Position numbers and translations under genes: made by a program. 64,000 nucleotides of DNA from an uncultured Flavobacteriales bacterium (GTDB lineage Bacteria > Bacteroidota > Bacteroidia > Flavobacteriales > BACL11). Below are positions 56,067 through 64,000 of the stretch, piece by piece. Below the pieces are notes generated by a model. That model did no database searches. It saw only the letters and a program-made list of their open reading frames with translations, and was not told the DNA's origin. Every line of letters begins with the position of its first letter. The stretch's first letter is position 1. The stretch lies in contig CAJQJY010000006.1 in NCBI GenBank assembly GCA_905478765.1, forward strand, positions 9,362-73,361. The letters are read 5' to 3'.

Positions 56067-58457
56067 ATGATTGAAAATCAAAATCAACAAGAAGAAACTA
56101 TTGATATTAAAGCCCTAATTCTGAAATACTCTCAATACTGGTATTTCTTTTTACTTTCAATTTTATTTTTTGGCTGCTTAGCCTTCCTAAGTAACAGATT
56201 AACAGTTCCTGAATATAGCGTTTCAACGACATTACTAATTCGAGATGATAACAATACACAGCTTGGAGCCGAAAACCTATTAGAAGGCTTAGAGCTGTTT
56301 AGCGGTAAGCAAAACATAAAAAATGAAATTGTCATTTTAAATTCATATACAAGTACTGAAAAAGTTATTAGAGAACTTAAACTTGGACTTAGTTACCATC
56401 AACACGGATTTTTTCAAACAAATGAACTGTTTGAAAACTCACCTATAACTGTTGAACTAGATTCTAATCACAACCAAATAACCGAGACTATATTTAAGAT
56501 TGAAATCCTTAATGAAAATGAATTTCGAGTATTAGCCACTACAGATGATTTATTTCCTTACAACTTAATAACTGAAAAATTTGATAAAACATTATTAGCA
56601 AATATTGACCTTGATAGAACTTACAAATTTAATGAAGAAATCAAATCTGAATTCTACTCATTTTTAATAAAGAAAAGTATCTTTTTTAATTTAGATAAAA
56701 TCAAAAAAGGAAGACTGAGCTATTCTTTTAAACTTCACCAAAACAGGAAGTTAGCACACAATCTTATAAATGACATTATCATTAATCCTATTAATAAAGA
56801 AACATCTATTCTAAAACTGAGTATTGAAGGTAAAACACCTAAGAAAAATATCATTATTCTTGATAAAGTTACTGAGATATACATTAGAAGTGGCTTAGAT
56901 GAAAAGAATATTATGGCAGTTAATACCATATATTTTATTGATGATCAGCTTGCTATAATTCAAGATTCATTAACTAATATTGAAAATCAAATCAAAATTT
57001 TTAAACAGCAAAACGCTAATCTTGATTTGGTGGACAAAGAGTTTGGTGCATTTTTTCAAAAACAAAGACTAGATAACACACTCTCGGAGCAATCTGTAAA
57101 CATTAGATATTACAAATCATTATTATCCTACTTAAGAGACGATAAAAACACAAATTCAATTGTGTCACCAACTTCAATGGGAATCAGTAATCCTGAGTTA
57201 AATGGTCTGATCAATCAGCTTTTGCAACTTTATGCTAGTAAAGGCGAATTACAACTTACAACAACCAAAAAGAACCCTGCTTATCAAGCTGTTTTATCAC
57301 AAATAGAACATACTAAAAATACTATCATTGAAAATGTAAGAAACCTAATTGCTTCTGCTACAATTTACGAAACAGATCTTAAAAACAGAATCAATACCTT
57401 TAATTCAAAAATCAGTAATTTACCAGCAGCTGAAAAAGAATATATTATCTTAAAAAGAAAATATGAATACAATGAGCAAACAGCAATTTATTTACAACAA
57501 AAAAGATATGAAGCATCACTAGCAAAAGCAGGTACAGAATCAGATCATAAAGTAATAGACCCTGCAAGATTAGACTCAGAAATACCAATAAAACCGAGAA
57601 AAAGTTTAGCTTATTTTATTGCTATTTTACTTGGTTTCCTTATTCCAATTGCAATTATTTCATTAAGAGATTTCTTTAGTGACACTATTTCTAGTAAATC
57701 AGACTTAAATAATGCTTCTAATATTCCAGTTTTAGGTTTAGTTGGACATAGCGATAAAGCGACAAGTATGGTTGTTTCTACTGCTTCAAAATCAATTATA
57801 GCAGAATCATTTAGATCATTAAGAACTAATATTCAATATTTAGCTGCGGAAAAAGTAAAAAAAGTAATTACAATTACATCATCAATTGGAGGAGAAGGAA
57901 AAACATTTACTGCTATGAATCTTGCAGCAATATTTGCGTTATCAGGGCATAAAACTATTTTAATTGGTGGTGATTTAAGAAAACCTAAACTTCATGAGGA
58001 TTTTAATATAAACGATGACACAGGCTTAAGTAGTTATTTAATACATAAGTCATCATTACAAGATGTAATTACTAAAACTGAAATTGAAAGCCTAGAAGTT
58101 ATTGGATCAGGCCCTACTCCACCTAACCCAGCTGAACTTTTAGATAGCCCAAAAATGCAAGAATTAATAACTGAACTAAACAAGACTTACGATTATGTTA
58201 TTATTGACACACCACCTATTGGACTAGTTACTGATGGTGTAATCTTAATGCAACATGCTGACATTAATTTATATGTAGTTAGACATGGATACTCAAAAGC
58301 AAAATCATTAAGTATAGTTAACAACTTATACGAACAAGAACAAATTAAAAATGCTCATTTTATTATCAATGATTTTAAATATTCATCTTCAGGATATGGC
58401 TATGGATATGGCTATGGATACGGGACATCAGGATATGGTTATTATGAGGAAGAATAA
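56067..58457 (+). CDS. wzc: Polysaccharide chain-length tyrosine autokinase (Wzc family)
   Basis: ESFRSLRTN, GEGKT, DLRKP, IIDTPP, C-terminal GYGYGY tyrosine cluster. Confidence 0.92.
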   Translation: MIENQNQQEETIDIKALILKYSQYWYFFLLSILFFGCLAFLSNRLTVPEYSVSTTLLIRDDNNTQLGAENLLEGLELFSGKQNIKNEIVILNSYTSTEKVIRELKLGLSYHQHGFFQTNELFENSPITVELDSNHNQITETIFKIEILNENEFRVLATTDDLFPYNLITEKFDKTLLANIDLDRTYKFNEEIKSEFYSFLIKKSIFFNLDKIKKGRLSYSFKLHQNRKLAHNLINDIIINPINKETSILKLSIEGKTPKKNIIILDKVTEIYIRSGLDEKNIMAVNTIYFIDDQLAIIQDSLTNIENQIKIFKQQNANLDLVDKEFGAFFQKQRLDNTLSEQSVNIRYYKSLLSYLRDDKNTNSIVSPTSMGISNPELNGLINQLLQLYASKGELQLTTTKKNPAYQAVLSQIEHTKNTIIENVRNLIASATIYETDLKNRINTFNSKISNLPAAEKEYIILKRKYEYNEQTAIYLQQKRYEASLAKAGTESDHKVIDPARLDSEIPIKPRKSLAYFIAILLGFLIPIAIISLRDFFSDTISSKSDLNNASNIPVLGLVGHSDKATSMVVSTASKSIIAESFRSLRTNIQYLAAEKVKKVITITSSIGGEGKTFTAMNLAAIFALSGHKTILIGGDLRKPKLHEDFNINDDTGLSSYLIHKSSLQDVITKTEIESLEVIGSGPTPPNPAELLDSPKMQELITELNKTYDYVIIDTPPIGLVTDGVILMQHADINLYVVRHGYSKAKSLSIVNNLYEQEQIKNAHFIINDFKYSSSGYGYGYGYGYGTSGYGYYEEE

Positions 58458-58555
58458 AACTAGCAATAACCACTAATATTAAAAGCCCAATTTTATTGAA
58501 CTTTTTCTTTCCATAATTATTTTATTTTTATCAGTTTTGCAAAAAATTTAAAAGT

Positions 58556-59764
58556 ATGAGTAACAAGACAGGAACACCAGCAAATAAAATACAAGATTTA
58601 CAGTTTTTTGGAGAGTTCGGAGGGGTAAACCCATCCATTACAGATTCATCAACTTTTACCTATTTAGCAGGTAAAACTATGGGAGATGTATTTGATGGGT
58701 TACAAGAAGGTTGTTATCTTTATTCTCGTCATACTAACCCATCAACTTCTTATTTAGGACAAGCAATTTCCGTAATGGAATATACAAAAGGAGCTATTCT
58801 TTCAGCATCAGGAATGAGCGCAATTACAACTACACTTTTGCAATGTTGTAGCTCTGGGGATGAAATAATTAGTAGTCGTACAATTTATGGTGGTACTTAT
58901 GCTTTTATGAAAAACTATTTACCAAAGTTCAACATCAAAACAACTTTTGTAAACACAACTAAACTTGAAGAAATTGAAAATGCAATTACTGAAAAAACAA
59001 AAGTAATTTATTGTGAAACAATGAGTAATCCTTTATTAGAGGTTTCAGATATTAATGCTATTGCTGTAGTTGCAAAAAAAAATGGTATTAAATTTGTAGT
59101 TGACAACACCTTTACTCCTATGATTTTTTCTCCAGCAAAAATGGGAGCTGATATTGTGATTCACTCATTAACAAAATTTATTAATGGCACTTCAGATACT
59201 GTTGGTGGAGTTGTTTGTTCTGATGAAGAGTTTATTGGAAGTATGATTGATGTAAATTCAGGAAGTGCCATGCTTTTAGGTCCTACTATGGATTCTGTTC
59301 GTGCAGCAAGTATTCTTAAAAACATCAGAACACTTCATTTAAGAATGAAAAAACATTCTGAAAATGCCCAGTACTTATCTGAAAAATTCCAAACAGATGG
59401 CTTGAGAGTAATCTATCCAGGATTAGAAAATCATCCTCAGCACGAAATGATGAAAAACAGCATGAATGACGGATTTGGTTTTGGGGGTATGTTTGTTCTC
59501 GATACAAAAACTAAAGAAAAAGCAAATACTTTAATGGAAGAAATGCAAAATAACAACCTTGGTTATTTAGCTGTAAGTTTAGGGTTCTACAAAACATTAT
59601 TTTCTGCTCCAGGGTTATCTACTTCATCTGAAATACCTGAAGAAGAAAGAGAAACAATGGGGCTTTCTGATGGATTAGTTCGTATCTCAATCGGACTAGA
59701 TAATGACATTGAAAGAACTTACAATACTATGGTGGATTGCATGAAGAAGGTTGGGATTTTATAG
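58556..59764 (+). CDS. Cys/Met metabolism PLP enzyme (methionine gamma-lyase-like)
   Basis: YSRHTNP, SGMSAI, VDNTF, HSLTKF, AVSLG. Confidence 0.88.
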   Translation: MSNKTGTPANKIQDLQFFGEFGGVNPSITDSSTFTYLAGKTMGDVFDGLQEGCYLYSRHTNPSTSYLGQAISVMEYTKGAILSASGMSAITTTLLQCCSSGDEIISSRTIYGGTYAFMKNYLPKFNIKTTFVNTTKLEEIENAITEKTKVIYCETMSNPLLEVSDINAIAVVAKKNGIKFVVDNTFTPMIFSPAKMGADIVIHSLTKFINGTSDTVGGVVCSDEEFIGSMIDVNSGSAMLLGPTMDSVRAASILKNIRTLHLRMKKHSENAQYLSEKFQTDGLRVIYPGLENHPQHEMMKNSMNDGFGFGGMFVLDTKTKEKANTLMEEMQNNNLGYLAVSLGFYKTLFSAPGLSTSSEIPEEERETMGLSDGLVRISIGLDNDIERTYNTMVDCMKKVGIL

Positions 59765-59835
59765 ATCAATGTAATAAAATTTTAGCTTAATACAACATTA
59801 ATTTTTCTTTTATCTTTACGCCTTAAATCAATAAG

Positions 59836-61281
59836 ATGACAGATAAAAAAACGCCTTACTTTTTCGCACTTTTACCAATTATAGTATTAGTTGCACTTTT
59901 AGCATATAATGTAGTCTTATATGGAGACAATTCTCTTGGGGGAGCAAATCAATTAGCTTTACTTTTTGCAGCAGCAACTGCATCAATAGTAGGAATAAAA
60001 TTTGGAGCAAAATGGAAAACTATCCTTGATGGAATAAGTAAAAATATTTCGAGTGCAACTCCCTCGTTAATTATCTTATTGTTAATTGGGGCGTTAGCAG
60101 GAACCTGGCTCTTAAGTGGAATTGTACCTGCAATGATTTATTATGGATTGCAAATTTTAAGTCCGGAAATATTTTTGTTTGCCACAGCAATTATTACAGC
60201 CATTGTTTCTCTTACAACAGGAAGTTCATGGAGTACTATTGCTACTATTGGAATTGCTCTTTTAGGAATAGGACAAGCACTTGGGATGCCTACAGGGTTA
60301 ATTGGTGGAGCCATCATTTCAGGAGCTTACTTTGGAGATAAAATGTCTCCACTTTCTGACACAACAAACCTTGCACCTGCTATGGCTGGTACAGATTTAT
60401 TCACTCATATTAAATATATGATGTACACAACTATTCCATCATTTGCAATTACGCTTATCATTTTTTTAGTAATTGGATTTACTTTTGAATCATCAGTAAA
60501 TCAAGATATAAATATGCTTTTATCAGCTATTTCTAATTCATTCAACATAAGTGGGTGGCTCTTTTTAGTTCCAATTTTGGTAATTGCACTTATTATTAAA
60601 AAAACTCCAGCCATTCCAGCATTATTAACAGGAACACTCTTAGGAGGTATCTTTGCAATAATTTTTCAACCAGAAGTGGTGATGTCAATTACTAATTCTG
60701 AATCATTAAATATAAGGTCGGCTTATATGGCTATTATGAATGCAATGGGAAGTGATATTGCAATTACAACAGATAATAAAATGATAAACAACTTACTTTC
60801 CACTAGCGGAATGTCTGGGATGCTAAACACTATATGGCTTATTATTTGTGCTATGATTTTTGGGGGAGCAATGGAAGCAACATTACTTCTAAGAAGAGTT
60901 GCTGAGCCAATAATAAAATATACTGATAGTACAGGAAGTTTAATTGCAACTACAGCCGGAACATGTGTCTTCTTTAACATTACAGCCTCTGACCAATATT
61001 TGGCAATTGTGGTTCCTGGGCGTATGTTTGCCAATACTTACAAAGAAAAAGGATTAGCTCCTGAAAATTTAAGTAGAACTTTAGAAGATAGCGGAACCGT
61101 TACTTCAGTACTTATCCCTTGGAATACTTGTGGAGCAACTCAATCAGCAGTTTTGGGTGTAGCAACCTTTGCTTATTTGCCTTTTTGTTTCTTCAATCTT
61201 ATTTCACCACTTATGACAATTGCTTATGGTTTGCTGGGAATTAAGATTAAAAAGCTAGAAAATAAAATAATTATTGACTAA
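59836..61281 (+). CDS. nhaC: Na+/H+ antiporter NhaC family
   Basis: GSSW, GAYFGDKMSPLSDTT, SRTLEDSGT. Confidence 0.9.
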   Translation: MTDKKTPYFFALLPIIVLVALLAYNVVLYGDNSLGGANQLALLFAAATASIVGIKFGAKWKTILDGISKNISSATPSLIILLLIGALAGTWLLSGIVPAMIYYGLQILSPEIFLFATAIITAIVSLTTGSSWSTIATIGIALLGIGQALGMPTGLIGGAIISGAYFGDKMSPLSDTTNLAPAMAGTDLFTHIKYMMYTTIPSFAITLIIFLVIGFTFESSVNQDINMLLSAISNSFNISGWLFLVPILVIALIIKKTPAIPALLTGTLLGGIFAIIFQPEVVMSITNSESLNIRSAYMAIMNAMGSDIAITTDNKMINNLLSTSGMSGMLNTIWLIICAMIFGGAMEATLLLRRVAEPIIKYTDSTGSLIATTAGTCVFFNITASDQYLAIVVPGRMFANTYKEKGLAPENLSRTLEDSGTVTSVLIPWNTCGATQSAVLGVATFAYLPFCFFNLISPLMTIAYGLLGIKIKKLENKIIID

Positions 61282-62411
61282 GAAAATAAGCCTTTTAAAA
61301 CATCAACAACATAATCAACTTCTTCTTTCGTATTGTATTTGCTAAATGAAAATCTAACTGATGGTCTCTTTGAATTAGGATTAATCTCCTGAATAACATG
61401 AGATCCTTTATTACTGCCTGATGTACATGCACTGCCTCCACTACACGCAATTCCTTTAATATCTAAATTAAACAATAACATCTCAGCCATTGGAGTTTCA
61501 GGGAAACTACAACTAAGCACAGTATATAAACTATTATCTATATCATCACACATACCATTAAACTTAACTTGAGGGATATGCTTTTTCAACTCAGCTATCA
61601 TATGAGACTTAATTCTCTTAATATATTCTGTTTCCTCTTCCATTTTTTCATAAGCCATTTCCATAGCATGAGAAATTGCAGCAATACCAATTAAATTTTC
61701 AGTGCCAGCACGCATATTTCTTTCTTGAGACCCTCCACTAAGTAATGGCGAAATTTTAATGTTATCAGATATATATACGAAACCAATACCTTTAGGTCCA
61801 TGAAATTTATGAGCTGAAGCTGCTATAAAATCAACTTTAATTTTTTGTAAATCATACCTATAATGAGCCATAGTTTGTACAGTATCAGAATGAAATATTG
61901 CATTATGTTCTTTGCAGATATCTCCAATAGCAGTAATATTCTGAATAGTTCCTATCTCATTATTTGCATGTAAAATAGATACGAAAGTCCTTGGGTGACT
62001 TTCTAATAACTCTTTAAGTTTTGATAATGAAACCTGACCCTTTTCATTTACTTCAACATACGATAATTTAATCACTCCTGACTTTTCTAACTCCTCAAGC
62101 GGATGTAACACAGCATGATGAGAAAGCTTAGAAGTAATAGCATGAGTAATATTATGATCTTTTATACCACATTTAATAGCCATATTATCAGCTTCAGTCC
62201 CGCCAGAAGTAAAGAAAATATTTCCTGGAGATGTATTTAAAAAATTTGCAATTTTTTTTCTACTTGTCTCAATAATACTTCTAGTTGCACGCCCAAAAGA
62301 ATGTTGTGATGATGGATTTCCATAATGATTTTTCATTATATCTGTCATTACATCAATCACTTCAGGTGCCATTGGTGTTGTTGCAGCGTTATCAAAAAAA
62401 ACTTTTTTCAT
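61278..62411 (-). CDS. Cysteine desulfurase (IscS/NifS family)
   Basis: DNAATTP, SAHKFHGPKG, SGGSACTS. Confidence 0.93.
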   Translation of the reverse strand: MKKVFFDNAATTPMAPEVIDVMTDIMKNHYGNPSSQHSFGRATRSIIETSRKKIANFLNTSPGNIFFTSGGTEADNMAIKCGIKDHNITHAITSKLSHHAVLHPLEELEKSGVIKLSYVEVNEKGQVSLSKLKELLESHPRTFVSILHANNEIGTIQNITAIGDICKEHNAIFHSDTVQTMAHYRYDLQKIKVDFIAASAHKFHGPKGIGFVYISDNIKISPLLSGGSQERNMRAGTENLIGIAAISHAMEMAYEKMEEETEYIKRIKSHMIAELKKHIPQVKFNGMCDDIDNSLYTVLSCSFPETPMAEMLLFNLDIKGIACSGGSACTSGSNKGSHVIQEINPNSKRPSVRFSFSKYNTKEEVDYVVDVLKGLFS

Positions 62412-62414
62412 ATT

Positions 62415-63794
62415 TTATATCAATTCTTTAATCTCATTAATCATATCATTCGCAAATTTATTTGCTTTTTCCTCTCCTTCACTCTCAGCATAAATCCTAA
62501 TTATCGGCTCAGTATTTGATTTTCTTAAATGAACCCAACCTTCTTGAAAATCAATTTTTAGCCCATCAATAGTTGTGATTTTTTCATTCTTATATTTCTC
62601 CTCCAAAGTTGCGAGAATTGCATCAACATCAATCTCAGGTGTGAGCTGAATTTTATTCTTTGAAATAAAATAATTAGGATAACTGTCCCTTAGTATTTTT
62701 GCAGAAATTTTTCTTTCAGCAAGTTGAGTCAAAAATAAAGCCACACCAACTAATGCATCTCTACCATAGTGTATTTCAGGGTAAATAACACCCCCATTGC
62801 CTTCTCCTCCTATAATTGCATTTGTAGCTTTCATTTTATCAACCACATTCACCTCACCAACTGCTGAAGCCTCATAAAATCCATTATGATTATCCGTAAC
62901 ATCTCTTAAAGCTCTTGTAGAAGAAAGATTAGAAACTGTATTTCCTGGAGTTTTACTTAAAACATAATCAGCAACTGCAACTAGAGTATATTCCTCTCCA
63001 AACATACTTCCATCTTCACAAACTATTGCTAGCCTATCCACATCAGGATCAACCACAATACCAAAATCTGCTTTTTCTTCAACAACTAATTTTGATATTT
63101 CTGTTAAGTTTTTAGGTAGGGGTTCAGGGTTATGTGGGAATTTACCGTTTGGCTCACAATATAATTTTACACACTCCACTCCCATTTTCTCTAGCAATCT
63201 TGGAATCATAAATCCTCCTGTTGAATTTACTGCATCTACTACAACTTTAAATTCTGCAGATTGCACCAAATCAACATCTACTAAATTCAAGTTTAAAACT
63301 TCTTCAATATGCTTATCGTTAAAGCTATCATCAAAATTATATTTACCTAAATCATCAACTTCTGAAAAAGTAAAAGCATCATTTTCAGCTAGTGCTAAAA
63401 CTTCCTCTCCATCTTTTCCAGATAAAAACTCTCCTTTATTATTCAAAAGTTTTAATGCATTCCATTTTTTAGGATTATGACTAGCAGTAATAATTATTCC
63501 TCCTGCTGATTGTTCTATCTGAACAGCAACCTCAATAGTTGGAGTTGTAGATAGACCTACATCTAAAACATCAAAACCACAACCAATTAAAGTTCCAGAA
63601 ACAATATTACTTACCATTTCTCCAGAAATACGCGCATCACGACCAATAATTATTATATTAGAAATATTAGATTGTTTTCTGATAAAAGTAGCATAGGAGG
63701 CTGTAAAACGCACGATATCCAATGGAGTAAGAGCATCTCCAACACATCCACCAATAGTACCTCTAATTCCTGAAATTGATTTAATTAATGTCAT
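62415..63794 (-). CDS. glmM: Phosphoglucosamine mutase / phosphohexomutase
   Basis: SISGIRG, TASHNP, DPDVDR, RKSNTEP. Confidence 0.85.
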   Translation of the reverse strand: MTLIKSISGIRGTIGGCVGDALTPLDIVRFTASYATFIRKQSNISNIIIIGRDARISGEMVSNIVSGTLIGCGFDVLDVGLSTTPTIEVAVQIEQSAGGIIITASHNPKKWNALKLLNNKGEFLSGKDGEEVLALAENDAFTFSEVDDLGKYNFDDSFNDKHIEEVLNLNLVDVDLVQSAEFKVVVDAVNSTGGFMIPRLLEKMGVECVKLYCEPNGKFPHNPEPLPKNLTEISKLVVEEKADFGIVVDPDVDRLAIVCEDGSMFGEEYTLVAVADYVLSKTPGNTVSNLSSTRALRDVTDNHNGFYEASAVGEVNVVDKMKATNAIIGGEGNGGVIYPEIHYGRDALVGVALFLTQLAERKISAKILRDSYPNYFISKNKIQLTPEIDVDAILATLEEKYKNEKITTIDGLKIDFQEGWVHLRKSNTEPIIRIYAESEGEEKANKFANDMINEIKELI

Positions 63795-63874
63795 TTTCTG
63801 CTTTTGATTTAATGCGACAAAATTAATAGAATTATCTTATATTTTTATCTTTGTAAAAATTAAAACTGTAATAA

Positions 63875-64000
63875 ATGAATTTCTTTTTAACAGATATTCC
63901 TGAAAGAACAAAAAAACCAAGGGAAAACGGACTCACAATGATGATGGATAAAGGGTTAAGTATCAATGATACCAAAAACTTTATTGACATGTGCGGAGCT
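63875..64000 (+). CDS. comA: Phosphosulfolactate synthase, N-terminus (truncated by window end)
   Basis: MNFFLTDIPERTKKPRENGLTMMMDKGL matches the ComA N-terminal RxxKPRxxGLTMxxDKG motif. Confidence 0.75.
   Translation, partial: MNFFLTDIPERTKKPRENGLTMMMDKGLSINDTKNFIDMCGA

Noticed and set aside
58388-58446. GGATATGGCTAT tandem repeat
   Set aside because: Encodes the normal Wzc C-terminal Gly-Tyr phosphorylation cluster.
8582-62519. Many short ORFs antisense to or nested in housekeeping genes (e.g. 8582-8881, 16414-16722, 18373-18732, 36047-36349, 52145-52495)
   Set aside because: Shadow frames of well-supported genes, with no motifs of their own.

Overview
AT-rich, densely coded chromosome segment of a Bacteroidota bacterium, probably Flavobacteriales-like. 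The assignment is inferred from TAnnTTTG -7 promoter boxes, T9SS-type C-termini and gene content. From about 6.8 kb to the end it is ordinary housekeeping DNA (dnaE, ettA, plsY, prmA, tpiA, folP, cdaA, hutH, hisS, copA, bshB1, ccsBA, wza/wzc, nhaC, glmM, tRNA-Arg, tRNA-His). The interesting part is the first 6.5 kb. It holds an apparently complete 5,841-bp integrative element bounded by 13-bp direct repeats that match the 3' end of tRNA-Asp. The element carries a tyrosine integrase, an excisionase-like HTH, a minimal 131-aa HUH (rolling-circle-type) initiator next to a hairpin, paired arm-type repeats at both ends, and a copy of the tRNA-type terminator. Its cargo is a chimeric acidic Zn-finger/MORN/T9SS-tail protein, a structured non-coding segment, and an endonuclease with five Zn-repeats and a GIY-YIG-like domain. 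It has no capsid or conjugation genes. The right end of a second, related element abuts it on the left. The two share a decayed 'FKKGTSGNPIGR' (DUF5681-like) module, suggesting a tandem array of small satellite-like elements at tRNA-Asp. All calls come from motif recognition by eye, and no database searches were run.
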